DNA from: an uncultured Acidobacteriota bacterium
GTDB taxonomy: Bacteria > Acidobacteriota > Vicinamibacteria > Vicinamibacterales > UBA2999
NCBI GenBank assembly: GCA_963807405.1
Contig: CAWEBU010000009.1
Coordinates: 881,068 to 945,067 of the forward strand
DNA length: 64,000 bases
Reading direction: 5' to 3'
The notes under the pieces are model-generated. The model ran no database searches. It saw nothing but the letters and a program-made list of their open reading frames with translations, and was not told the DNA's origin. Positions 29,002 to 39,676 of the stretch are shown piece after piece. The position numbers and the translations under genes are program-made. Every line of letters begins with the position of its first letter. The stretch's first letter is position 1.

Positions 29002-29319
29002 ACCCCGGTTGTCCGCTCGCCTTCTACCGGGCCGCAGGTCGGACTGCTCGGGCCCTCCCGCCAACGGTGCTGAGGGGAACGGCGGCCGATCGGCGCTATC
29101 CTCCGCAGGCCGCCTGCCAGTCGCGCTCAGGGCGGCGACCCCCTTCCTCTCGGCGTCGTCCGGCGTTGACGCGTGGTGCGCACAACGGTGCGCGTCCACC
29201 CGGCTCGTGACGGCCTGGTCCCAGGCCGCCCTCGCACTACCAGCAGTCGCTGCAGGGAAGGCCACGCCTCGTCGTGGCTCGTGCCGTCACGCTCGATGGC
29301 ACATCTCCAGGAGGTCGCC

Positions 29320-30657
29320 ATGGTTGATTCGACTCGTCGCTTCGTCGAACGTTCGCCGGGAATCGCCCCTGCCTCAGCGGCCAGTCGCCGTCTGCGGCTC
29401 GCCGGGTCGGTCCTGACGGTGATGGCGCTGACGGCCGCCCCGCGCGTGGCGGCCGCTCAGAGCGTGGACACCGTCGTGCAGTGGAACCAGCAGATGCTGA
29501 CGGCCGTGTTCACCCCGGGGGCGAACCCGTCGACGATCTTCGTCTCGCGGCCGTTGGCCATCGCCAGCGTGGCGATGTTCGACGCCGCCAACAGCTTCGA
29601 CCGCGTCTACCAGCCGTATGCGACATGGGCCCAACCGGCTGCCGGGGCGTCGCCTGACGCCGCCGTCGCCCAGGCCGCGCACGACACGCTCGTGGCGCTG
29701 CTGCCATCACAGACCGCGACCCTCGACGCGGCACTCGCGGCCACCCTGGCCGGCATCCCGCCTCAGGCGGCGGCCGACGGCGCGGTGGTGGGCGCCGCTG
29801 CCGCCAGGGCCATCCTGGAACTGCGTACCGGCGATGGCTGGGAACGGCCCTTCGCCCCCTTGCTACTGCCCAGCCTGCCGGGCTTCTGGAAGCCGACGCC
29901 GCCGGCCAACTCGGCCGCCGCCTTCACCAACTACCCGGACGTGGTCGGGTTCATCATCGCGAACGGCCGCCGCTTCATGGTCGAAGGGCCGCCGGCGCTG
30001 ACGAGTGAGCGCTACGCGACCGATTTCAACCAGGTGAAGGCGTGGGGGGCGGTCAACAGCACCGTCCGTTCCGCCGAGCAGACGCTCATCTCGAACCAGT
30101 GGGCCGGCGTCGGCACCACCACCAATTTCAGTCGGGTGTGGAGCGGCGTGGTGAACAGTCTGGCGCGCAGCCGCGGCTGGAGCGGTGCGGAACTCACGCG
30201 CGCGCAAGCGCTCGTCAGCATGACCTTTCACGACGCGCTGCTGACGACATTCACCGGCAAGTTCGTCTACGGATTGTGGCGGCCGGTGACGGCCATCCGC
30301 GAGGCCGACACCGACGGCAACCCGGCCACCGACGCCGATCCGGCCTGGCTGCCGCTGCTGGCCACCCCGCCCTACCCGAGCGCGCCGGGCAACATGGCCT
30401 GCATCGGCTCGTCGCTGGCGCGCACGCTGGCGCGGCTGTTCGGTCAGGACGACATTCCGTTCTCCGTGACGTGGGCCGGGACTGGCACCAACCCGGCAAC
30501 GACGCGGCAGTACAACGGGTTTCGCCAGCTCGGCGACGAGCAGGCCTACAGCCGCATCTGGGGCGGCATCCACTTCGAGTTCGAGACGCTGTCGAGCATC
30601 GGCCAGTGCGCGCGGCTCGGCGACTACGCGGTCGATAACGTCCTGCGCAGACGCTGA
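29320..30657 (+). CDS. Secreted vanadium-dependent haloperoxidase/PAP2-like protein with divergent motif II
   Basis: AGGAGG RBS; signal peptide; 'PPAL.S..YA.DFN.VK..G', 'KFVYGLWRPVTAIR', 'W.PLL.TPPYPS' and 'SRIWGGIHF'. Confidence 0.78.
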   Translation: MVDSTRRFVERSPGIAPASAASRRLRLAGSVLTVMALTAAPRVAAAQSVDTVVQWNQQMLTAVFTPGANPSTIFVSRPLAIASVAMFDAANSFDRVYQPYATWAQPAAGASPDAAVAQAAHDTLVALLPSQTATLDAALAATLAGIPPQAAADGAVVGAAAARAILELRTGDGWERPFAPLLLPSLPGFWKPTPPANSAAAFTNYPDVVGFIIANGRRFMVEGPPALTSERYATDFNQVKAWGAVNSTVRSAEQTLISNQWAGVGTTTNFSRVWSGVVNSLARSRGWSGAELTRAQALVSMTFHDALLTTFTGKFVYGLWRPVTAIREADTDGNPATDADPAWLPLLATPPYPSAPGNMACIGSSLARTLARLFGQDDIPFSVTWAGTGTNPATTRQYNGFRQLGDEQAYSRIWGGIHFEFETLSSIGQCARLGDYAVDNVLRRR

Positions 30658-30695
30658 CGCTGACGGCGCCGCGCCCATGCTAGCGTGGCGACGTG

Positions 30696-31295
30696 ATGAG
30701 CCTCGCCGAGTTGTACGCCCGCCACGCTCGGCGCTTCGACCGCGCCCGGGTGCGCTCACTGATGGAACGGCCGTACCTCGAGATGGCGGCGACGTTGGCG
30801 CCCGCCCCGGGTCGTGTCCTGGACCTTGGCTGCGGCAGCGGGGAACCGCTGGCGCGCTACTTCGTCGAGCACGGGTATCACGTCACCGGCATCGACACCG
30901 TCCGCGAGATGCTCGAGATGTGCCGGGCGAGATTCCCCGGGATGACGTGGCAGCAGGCCGACATGCGTCACCTGGACCTGCCACAGCCGTTCGAGATCGT
31001 GATCGCGTGGGACAGCTTCTTCCATCTGGGACGTGACGATCAGCGGCAGATGTTCGCCACGTTCCGGCGGCACACCGCGCCGGGTGGCGTCCTCGTGTTC
31101 ACCAGTGGGCCGGCTGAGGGGGAAGTGATGGGCGATCTCTTCGGAGATGCGCTCTACCACGCGAGCCTGGACACGCCGGAGTATGCGCGGCTGCTCGACC
31201 GGCACGGATACGACGTGGTCATCCACCGGGTCGAAGACCCGGACTGCGGAGGCCACACGGTGTGGATCGCGCAGCGGCGGAACGTCGACGCGTGA
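30696..31295 (+). CDS. Class I SAM-dependent methyltransferase
   Basis: 'VLDLGCGSG', 'QADMR' and 'AWDSFFHL'. Confidence 0.88.
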   Translation: MSLAELYARHARRFDRARVRSLMERPYLEMAATLAPAPGRVLDLGCGSGEPLARYFVEHGYHVTGIDTVREMLEMCRARFPGMTWQQADMRHLDLPQPFEIVIAWDSFFHLGRDDQRQMFATFRRHTAPGGVLVFTSGPAEGEVMGDLFGDALYHASLDTPEYARLLDRHGYDVVIHRVEDPDCGGHTVWIAQRRNVDA

Positions 31296-31339
31296 GCTCG
31301 TGTGAGCGTGGCCGACGGTGGAAGGCGGCTGCGCTACTT

Positions 31340-31685
31340 CCCAAAGGTGTCGACGCCGAGAACGCGCCCTTCACCATCTTCTCCGGCCGGTGGGTCGTCC
31401 CGAACCTGCATCACGGCTCGACCCAGGCCGGCCCGATCTTCTTCCGCACCTTCTTCGGCCTCGGCTTCCTCGACGTGCACGTGGAGATGCCGGGGCGTGG
31501 CCCAGAACCCCCTCAACCCGCTCGCCGACTTCGGCACGGTCTACTTCGACGAGCTCTCGGCCTTCACCACCAGCGGCACGCGCCTGCTGGTCAACGGCAC
31601 AGCCACCTCGATGGTCGACAACGGGGTGACGCTGGCGCGCCCGATCCGGCTCAACGACTTCGCGTTCAGGATCGATCACGCCTGA
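31340..31685 (+). pseudogene. Gene fragment, possibly the C-terminus of a G1 (peptidase A4-like) glutamic peptidase
   Basis: Coding-like sequence with no clear start and a frame break near 31495; the tail 'PLADFGTVYF...SMVDNG' is reminiscent of G1 peptidases. Confidence 0.3.
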
Positions 31686-31810
31686 GCTCGCGCCTCGGGT
31701 CCGCGGCGGCTCGACCAGCCGAGGCGAGGTCGAGGCCGTCCGGGAACCGCCCCGGAATTGTGTTGCGCGTCGTGCGGCGGGGCACTAGCATCGGCGCGGA
31801 GTCGCGCACC

Positions 31811-34800
31811 ATGGATACGGGCCGACGGCAGTTCCTCAAAGGCTCGACGCTTGCCGGCGCGGCCGTCTCGGTGCTGGGTTTCGACCTCGGCCCGGCCGCC
31901 GCCGACGTGCGCGCGCTGAAGATCGCCCGCACGACCGAGACGCGGTCGACCTGCCCCTACTGCTCGGTGAGCTGCGGCGTCATCATCCACACGCTGGGGG
32001 ACAAGTCGCGCAACGTCACGCCGACCGTCGTGCACGTCGAGGGCGACCCCGACCACCCGATCAACCAGGGGACGCTCTGCCCCAAGGGCATCACCCTCAA
32101 GCAGAACATCGTCAACGACCGGCGGCTCACCACGGTGAAGTACCGCGCGCCGGGGGCCACGGCCTGGGAAGAGAAGTCCTGGGACTGGGCGATCGACCGC
32201 ATGGCGCGCCTCGTGAAGGACACGCGCGATCGTCATTTCGTCGAGGCCGACGCCCGCGGCCGTGCACGGTGCGAGGCGCTGACCGCGCTCGGGGTCATCG
32301 GCGGCTGCACCGACACCAACGAGATCAACTACCTGCTCGTGAAGGCGTTTCGCGCCGGCCTCGGCGTCGTGCCGATCGAGCAGCAAGCCCGGATATGACA
32401 CGGACCCACGGTGGCCAGTCTGGCCGCCACGTTCGGACGCGGGGCGATGACCAACGGCTGGACCGACATCCGGAACGCCGATGTCGTCCTCGCCATGGGC
32501 GGCAACCCGGCCGAGAATCACCCAGTCGGCTTCCGCTTCGTCATGGACGCCAAGCGCAACCGCCGCGCGAAGCTGGTCTCGGTCGACCCCCGCTACAACC
32601 GCACCTCGGCGGTCGCTGACGCGCTTCGTCCAGATCCGCGCCGGCACCGACATCGCGTTCCTCGGCGGGCTGATTCACTACGCGCTGTCGAAGAACCGCA
32701 TTCACCGCGAGTACGTGCGGCTCTTCACCAACGCCTCGTTCCTCGTCAACGACGACTACGCGTTCGACGAGAAGCAGGGCGTGTTCTCGGGCTGGAACGA
32801 CCAGGCCAAGGCCTACGCCGACACCTCGAGCTGGGCCTATCAGCTCGACGCCAGGGGCCACGCCCGCGTGGATCCCACGCTCGAGCATCCGCGGTCGGTG
32901 TTCCAGGTGATGCGCACCTTCTATGCGCGCTACACGCCGGAGACGGTGGCCGGCATCTGCGGCTGCTCGGCAGCGGACTTCGAGAAGGCGGCCGAGCTCA
33001 TCACGAGCACCTTCGAGGCGGACAAGGTCGGCACCATCTGCTACGCCCTCGGCTGGACGCACCACAGCCACTCGGTACAGCTCATCCACGCCGCCGCCAT
33101 GCTGCAGTTGCTGCTCGGCAACATCGGCCGTCCGGGCGGCGGCCTGAACGCGCTGCGCGGCCACTCGAACATCCAGGGCGGCACCGATTGCGGCATGGCG
33201 TACCACAACCTGCCCGGCTACATTCCCATCCCGAAGGCGGACCACGCCACGCTGCCGGCGTTCGTGTCCGCGGTGACGCCGCCGGCCCTGCGGCCGACGG
33301 CCACGAACTTCTGGTCGAACACCGACCGCTTCGTCGTCAGCCAGCTCAAGGCCTACTACGGCGCCGCCGCCACGCCCGCCAATGGCTTCGGCTACGACTT
33401 CCACCCGCGGCTGCCGCAATCACCCGCCGGCGCCGACGAGAACTGGAGCTGGGCCTACATGTTCGACCGCATGTTCCGCGGCGACATGGAGGGCATGTTC
33501 GCCTTCGGCATGAACCCGGTCAGCAACGGACCGCACTCGAAGAAGGTCGTGGCGGCGCTGTCGAAGCTCAAGTGGCTGGTGGTGGCCGAGAACTTCGAGC
33601 AGGAAACCGCCGCCTTCTGGCGCGACGACATCCAGGCGCTCGTGAACCAGACGCCGGCCGACGTCGGCACCGAGGTCTTCATGCTGCCGGCGGCGAACTT
33701 CGCCGAGAAGGACGGCGCGTTCGTCGAACTCGGCGCGCTGGATTCAGTGGAAGTGGAAGGCCATCGATCCGCCGGGCGAGGCCCAGCCCGACCAGGACAT
33801 CATCGCCCGCATCTTCCTGGCCGTGCGCGATCTCTACGCGCGCGAGGGCGGCGCCTACCCGGCGCCGATTGCCGCGCTCGACTGGTGGTACTCGAACCCC
33901 GCCAGTCCCTCGCTCGACGAAGTGGCCAAAGAGATCAACGGCTGGGCTCTCGAGGACGTGAGGGACGCGGCCGGCACCGTCGTGCTGCGCAAGGGGCAGC
34001 AGCTCGCACGGTTCACCGACGCGCAGGCCGACGGCACGACCGCGTCCGGCAACTGGCTCTACATCGGCATGTACACCGATGCCGGCAACCTGACCCAGCG
34101 CCGATCGTTCGCCGATCCGAGCGGGCTCGGCCGCTATCCGGAGTGGGGCTTCAGCTGGCCAGCCAACCGGCGCATCCTCTACAACCGCTGCTCGGCCGAT
34201 GGCGCCGGCCAGCCGTGGGACGCCTCGCGCGTCGGCATCGAGTGGAACGGCACCCGCTGGACCGGCGACGTGCCCGACTTCGGCGCCGACAGCCCGCCCG
34301 AGGCCGAAGCCGGGGCCTTCCTGATGCTGCCGGAAGGGGCAGGCCCGCCTGTTCGTGCCGGGCCAGTTCGTCGAAGGACCGTGGTCGGAGCACTACGAGC
34401 CGGCCGAGTCGCCGGTGGCCAATCCCGCTCCACCCGGCGCAGAGCAGCAATCCCGCCATCCACCGCTTCGACGACCGAGCACGACGTGCTCGGCACGGCC
34501 GACCGCTATCCGATCGTCTGCACCACCTACCGGCTGACCGAGCACTTCCACTACTGGACCAAGAACAACCCCTACAGCATGCAGCTGCAGCCGGAGTTCT
34601 TCGTCGAGATCTCCGAGGAGCTGGCGAGCAGAGAAGGCGATCGCCAGCGGCGATCGTGTGCGCGTGACCTCGGCCCGCGGTGAGATCGAAGGCAAGGCGA
34701 TGGTGACCAGGCGCATCAAGCCGCTGCTGGTGGCCGGCAAGGTGACGCACCAGATCGGCTTCCCGATCCACTGGGGCTTCCTCGGCCGCGGCCAGCAGCG

Positions 34801-34903
34801 CGGCTCGCTGGCCAATCTCGTGACGCCGACCGTCGTCGATCCCAACTCACACGCGCCGGAGTACAAAGGCTTCCTCGTGGCGCTCGACAAGGTGGAGGCC
34901 TAG
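31811..34903 (+). CDS. fdnG: Formate dehydrogenase-N/O type alpha subunit, selenocysteine-containing (several frameshifts)
   Basis: Tat leader GRRQFLKG; CPYCSVSCG...CPKG; 'QARI-TGA-HGPTVASLA.TFGRGAMTN'; GGNPAENHP; ALRGHSNIQG; WPANRRILYNR; TTYRLTEHFHYWT; PEYK.FLV. Confidence 0.92.
32410..32428 (+). promoter_or_regulatory. Bacterial SECIS element
   Basis: Hairpin GGTGGCC-AGTCT-GGCCGCC starting 11 nt after the in-frame TGA (32396-32398), with GU in the loop. Confidence 0.85.
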
Positions 34904-34908
34904 CGCCG

Positions 34909-35781
34909 ATGGCCGCCACCCTCGACATCGTCCGCGTCTCCGGCACCACGGCGCCGGCGCCGGGCCTGCGCACGACCCCGCAGCTCGTCAAGCTCATCGA
35001 CACCTCGACCTGCATCGGCTGCAAGGCGTGCGAGGTGGCGTGCCAGGAGTGGAACGACCTGCCGCCCGAACCAACGACGCAGGACGGCACCTACCAGACG
35101 CTGCCCGAGACGACCGCGCGCTTCTGGAACCTCATCAAGTTCAGCGAGCACGAGAGCCCGAAGGGCTTCCACTGGCTGATGCGCAAGGACCAGTGCATGC
35201 ACTGCGTCGAGCCGGGCTGCCTGATCGCCTGTCCGGCGCCGGGCGCCATCGTGCAGTACGCCAACGGCATCGTCGACTTCGAGCAGGACGCCTGTATCGG
35301 CTGCGGCTACTGCATCACCGGCTGCCCGTTCAACGTGCCGAAGTTCGCGGCCGAGACCAACCGCGTCTACAAGTGCACGCTGTGCGTGGACCGCGTGGCC
35401 GAGGGCCTGCAGCCGGCCTGCGTCAAGGCGTGTCCCACCAGCTGCCTGCAGTTCGGCACCAAGGACGCCATGCTGGAGGTGGCCGGACACCGTGTCGAAC
35501 AGCTCAAGGAGGACGGCTTCGCCCAGGCCGCCGTCTACGATCCGCCCGGCGTCGGTGGCACCGGCGTCGTGAGCGTGCTGGCGTTCGGCGACCGCCCCGA
35601 GCTCTACGGCCTGCCGAAGGATCCGACGGTGCCGGCGGCGGTGCGGGTGTGGAAGGGCGCACTCAAGTGGACGGGCAATGCCGCCCTGCTCGGCGGCCTG
35701 TTCGTGGCGGCGCTGCACTACATCCGCTACGGCAGAAAGCACGGGCCCGATGCGGTGCCGTCCAGGGAGGACGGCGTATGA
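34909..35781 (+). CDS. fdnH: Formate dehydrogenase iron-sulfur (beta) subunit
   Basis: CIGCKACEVAC, CMHC..PGC..AC, CIGCGYCITGC and CTLC.DR...G..PAC...C; C-terminal TM helix. Confidence 0.93.
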   Translation: MAATLDIVRVSGTTAPAPGLRTTPQLVKLIDTSTCIGCKACEVACQEWNDLPPEPTTQDGTYQTLPETTARFWNLIKFSEHESPKGFHWLMRKDQCMHCVEPGCLIACPAPGAIVQYANGIVDFEQDACIGCGYCITGCPFNVPKFAAETNRVYKCTLCVDRVAEGLQPACVKACPTSCLQFGTKDAMLEVAGHRVEQLKEDGFAQAAVYDPPGVGGTGVVSVLAFGDRPELYGLPKDPTVPAAVRVWKGALKWTGNAALLGGLFVAALHYIRYGRKHGPDAVPSREDGV

Positions 35782-36434
35782 ACGGCTCCCGTCGTCTCGT
35801 CCGCTATCCGTTCGGCGAGCGCCTCGTGCATGCGTCGGCGGCCGTCTCGTACGTCTACCTGCTGCTGACCGGGCTCGCGTTCTGGTCGCCGGCCTTCTAC
35901 TGGCTGGCCATCGTGCTCGGGGGCGGCTACCTGTCGCGCGTGCTGCATCCGTGGGCCGGCGTGGTCTTCGCGCTGGTGGTCGCCCGCATGTTCGTGATGT
36001 GGCGCAGCCAGATGCGGACCACCGCGGCCGACCGCGAGTGGCGCGGCGCCATGACCCACTACGTGCGCAACGAGGACGACCAGGTGCCGGCGACGGGGAA
36101 GTTCAACTTCGGACAGAAGCAGCTGTTCTGGGTGATGACGTGGGCGGCCCTCGTGCTGCTGGTATCGGGGATCGTGCTGTGGGTGCCGCACTGGTTCCCG
36201 GCCGCACTCGCCTGGGTGCGCGAGGTGGCGATCCTGACGCACGCCATCGCCGCGCTCGTCACGATGGGAGCGTTCATCGTGCACCTCTACATGGGACTGT
36301 TCGTCGTGCCCGGCGGCCTGCACGCCATCGTGCACGGCGACGTGACCGAGGCCTGGGCGCGGCATCACCATGCGCTGTGGGCCGACGACGTGCGCGGCCG
36401 CGTCGTGCCGGCTCCCCGTGACGCCGATCGCTGA
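35778..36434 (+). CDS. fdnI: Formate dehydrogenase cytochrome b (gamma) subunit
   Basis: 'ERLVH', 'LHPWAG', 'GKFNFGQK', 'H......IVHLYM' and 'WARHHH..W'. Confidence 0.9.
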   Translation: MNGSRRLVRYPFGERLVHASAAVSYVYLLLTGLAFWSPAFYWLAIVLGGGYLSRVLHPWAGVVFALVVARMFVMWRSQMRTTAADREWRGAMTHYVRNEDDQVPATGKFNFGQKQLFWVMTWAALVLLVSGIVLWVPHWFPAALAWVREVAILTHAIAALVTMGAFIVHLYMGLFVVPGGLHAIVHGDVTEAWARHHHALWADDVRGRVVPAPRDADR

Positions 36435-37254
36435 CGTGGTGGCAGCGGCCCTCGAGCGCCGCGCGGCCCGCGCGACGGCGCTCGCCGCGACGACGCCGTC
36501 GGCCGCCGGCCTGCTGACCTACTACGCCCATCTGAGCGAGGTGCAGCGCGGCCTGACGCCGCACGTGACGCCACCGCCCGAAGCGCCGGCCGAGGCGGCG
36601 GGGCCGTCGGGATCGTTGGCCCGCCGGATCGACACCGGTGCCGTGGCCGCCCTCGTGCCGGCGCTGCTGCCGAAGCTCCAGGCCGGCGCGCCGCCCACGC
36701 TCCGCCGGGCGATGCTGGCGCTCGCCGCGGAGGCGCCGCTGACGTGGCAGGCGCGCCTCGATGCGTCCCTCGCCACCGACGACGGCGTCGCCGGCGACGC
36801 TCCTGCCGCCTTCGTGTGCGAAGTCGTCCTGCAGCCCTTCGCCGAGGCGGCGGCCCGCGCCATGCCGCTCGCGCTCGCCGCCCGCCCGGGCCCGGGCGCC
36901 AGGTGCCCGTGCTGCGGCGGCCGTCCGGTGATGGGCGTGCTGCGCGAACGCGGCCACGGCGCCGGACGCGGCCTGGTCTGCGGCCGCTGCCTCCACGAAT
37001 GGGCCGCCCCGCGCCTGGTCTGCCCGTCGTGCGGCGGCATGGAGGTGGCGGCGCTGCCGGTGTTCCGTGCCGATCGCTGGCCGGCGGCGCGGCTCGATGC
37101 CTGTGAGCAGTGCCGTGCGTATCTCAAGTCCGTCGACTTGACGGTGGACGGGGCCGCCATCGCCGTCGTCGACGACCTGGCGACGCTGCCGCTGGATCTA
37201 TGGGCGGCCGAGGAGGGCTTCCACAAGCTGCGGCCGAACCTCCTGCGGCTCTAG
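36418..37254 (+). CDS. fdhE: Formate dehydrogenase accessory protein
   Basis: CPCCGGRP, C..C..EW..PR..CP.CG, CEQCRAYLK and DDLATLPLD. Confidence 0.88.
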   Translation: MTPIADVVAAALERRAARATALAATTPSAAGLLTYYAHLSEVQRGLTPHVTPPPEAPAEAAGPSGSLARRIDTGAVAALVPALLPKLQAGAPPTLRRAMLALAAEAPLTWQARLDASLATDDGVAGDAPAAFVCEVVLQPFAEAAARAMPLALAARPGPGARCPCCGGRPVMGVLRERGHGAGRGLVCGRCLHEWAAPRLVCPSCGGMEVAALPVFRADRWPAARLDACEQCRAYLKSVDLTVDGAAIAVVDDLATLPLDLWAAEEGFHKLRPNLLRL

Positions 37255-37380
37255 GCGCGCGTTCTGCGGGCAACCACCGCGGCGGCCTGAGATAGACTCG
37301 GGCTCGGCGCCTCTGCCGGTGGCCGGACCACAGATGGCCGTCGTCGCCGTCGTCCTGACCCGCCCCCTCGCGGAGTCACC

Positions 37381-37800
37381 ATGCCCTCAGCCTATCGAGT
37401 CGATCCCGAGCTTCGCATCGTCTGGAGCCGGGCCTGGGGCGTGCTGGCCGAGGACGAGAGCGCCGAACACTACCGCCTCCTCGCTGCCGAGCCGGCGTTC
37501 CAGTCCTCCTTCAGCCAGATGTGCGATCTGCGGTCCGTCGATCGCATCGACATGTCGACGGCGGCCATTCGCGCGCTGGCGAAGACGGCGGTCTTCGATC
37601 CCGGCGCCCGGCGCGCCTTTCTCGCGCCGGTCGACGCGCACTACGGCCTCGCGCGGATGCTGCAGGCGTTCTCGGAACTCGAGGGCTCGGAGATTGGGGT
37701 GTTCCGCACCGTCGCCGAGGCCGCCGCGTGGCTGAACGTGCCGGAGGAGGCCGTCGGTGCGCCCGAACCCGGCGCCCAGGACGCACCGCATTCCGGTTAG
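37381..37800 (+). CDS. Hypothetical protein (possible STAS/SpoIIAA-like fold)
   Basis: GGAG RBS; 'DLRSV', 'YGLARM' and 'VFRTVAEAAAWL' pattern. Confidence 0.55.
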   Translation: MPSAYRVDPELRIVWSRAWGVLAEDESAEHYRLLAAEPAFQSSFSQMCDLRSVDRIDMSTAAIRALAKTAVFDPGARRAFLAPVDAHYGLARMLQAFSELEGSEIGVFRTVAEAAAWLNVPEEAVGAPEPGAQDAPHSG

Positions 37801-37837
37801 CATGCTGACCAGTCCCCGCCCCGGCCAGGCGTGAGCG

Positions 37838-38135
37838 ATGGAACACCGGCCAGGACGAGCTGTTCTGCGTGCTCGAGGGCGAGTACGTCATCGAGGTGGG
37901 CTCGGAGCGCTGTTCGCTGAAACCCGGTGACACGATCCTGGCGCCGCGGCAGGTGCCACACGTCTGGGCCTACGTGGGCGCGTCGACCGGGCGCCTGCTC
38001 ATCACCTTCACGCCCGCCGGCCAGATGGAAGCGTTCTTCCGCGAGGTCGCGAAGAACAACGCCATGCCGCCGCAGGACCCCGCCCTGTGGCGGGCGCACG
38101 GCATGGAGCTCCTTGGTCCGCCGCTGGCGCTGTGA
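37838..38135 (+). pseudogene. Cupin-domain gene fragment (N-terminus missing or frameshifted)
   Basis: 'QDELFCVLEGEY...LKPGDTILAPRQVPHVW...PAGQMEAFF' with no in-frame start. Confidence 0.55.
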
Positions 38136-38322
38136 GGGCATCGGCCCGGCCGGCCGCGGGTACCTCGGCGTCGGCCGCGGCCGGGCGCTATAGAATCGCC
38201 AGGTGACGCAGCACTGCGCGCCGGTTCGCTCCCATCGCACGCCGTCAGAGGCCATCGCCTCGACGTCCGACCACTCGTGCGAGTTCCGGTCCAGCCCGCC
38301 GTCCGGGGTGTAGACGACAACA

Positions 38323-39656
38323 ATGCGCATCGTCATCATCGGCGGCGGACAGGTGGGCTCGTCGCTGTCGCGGGCCCTGTCCTCCGATCACGAGGTCGTC
38401 GTCGTCGACCATGACCCGGCCGTGGCCGACGTGTTCCACGCCATGGACGTGCAGTTCCTGCTCGGCAGCGGCACGAGCGCCGACGTGCTGCAGCAGGCCG
38501 ACATCGCGCGCGCCGACTTCTTCGTGGCCGCCACCGCGCTCGACGAAGTCAACATCGTGGCCTGCGCGCTCGCCAACCGGCTCGGCCACCCGAAGACCAT
38601 CTGCCTCGTCTCGCGCGCCGAGTTCCTCGAGGGCGGCGGGCTGAGCGCGTTCGGCATCACCCGCCTCGTCTGGCCCGAGGCGCAGCTGGCGGCCGACATC
38701 GAGCAGATCGTCACCTCACCGGGCGCCATCGATGCCGAGGTCTTCGCCGGCGGCGTGGTGCGGCTGCTCGAGTACCGCCTCGGCGGCCGAGTCGCCGCTG
38801 GCCGGCGCTTCGCTCGGCGCGCTGCACCTGCCGCGCGGGTCGCTGGTCGTGGCCGTCAAACGGGCCGGCCGGATGTTCGTGCCGCGCGGCGCCACCACCC
38901 TCCAGGCCGGTGACAAAGTCATCATCATGGGCACGCCCGATGCCATGCGTGCCGTGGAGTCGCTGGTCCAGGCGGGGCGTACCGGCAGCCACCTGCGGGT
39001 GACCATCATCGGCGGCGGCGACGTCGGCCTGCAGCTGGCCGAGCGCCTCGAGAAGACCCCGTCGATCGACCTGCGGATTCTCGAGAGCGGCACCGCGCGC
39101 GGCGAGATGCTGGCGGCGCGGCTCAAGCGCACCCTGGTGCTCAACGGCGACGGCACCGATCTCGAATTCCTCGAATCCGAGAACGTCGGGCAGAGCGACG
39201 TGCTCGTCTCGGTCATCGACAACGACGAGCGCAACCTGCTGGCCTCGCTGCTCGGACGTCAGCTCGGCGTGCCGAAGGTCATCACGCGGGTGAGCCGGCG
39301 GGCCAACCTGCGGTTGTTCGAGCGGGTCGGCATCGACGTGGCGATCTCGGCACGCGGCGCCGCCGTCGACTCGATCCTGCACCAGATCACCGGCGGCACG
39401 ACCAGCCTGCTGGCGGTCATCGAGCACGGCGAGGCGCGGGTGCTCGAGCTCACCGTGGCGCCGACCTTCGTGACCCGCGAGCTCAAGGCCATGGGCGGCT
39501 CCCAGGACGCCATCGTCGGCCGCCATCCTGCGCGACGGCTCGGCGGTCGTGCCGCGCGGCGACGACCGCATCGGCGCCGGCGATCGCATCGTCGTCTTCT
39601 GCACGCAGGAAGCCGTCGACCGCGTGCGCGATTACTTCACCAAAGAGACGCGCTGA
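38323..39656 (+). CDS. trkA: Trk potassium uptake regulatory subunit (frameshifts near 38785 and 39520)
   Basis: Two RCK-N domains (IIGGGQVG; IIGGGDVG) each followed by an RCK-C domain. Confidence 0.88.
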
Positions 39657-39676
39657 GCGGCAGCCGCCCTCCGACC

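Noticed and set aside
28948-31810. Search for tRNA-Sec or sel genes near the FDH operon
   Set aside because: No cloverleaf with a TCA anticodon and no SelA/B/D motifs recognised by eye; tRNAscan-SE would be decisive.
32396-32398. TGA as a true stop or pseudogene lesion in fdnG
   Set aside because: It sits at the conserved Sec/Cys position and has a SECIS hairpin at the expected distance.
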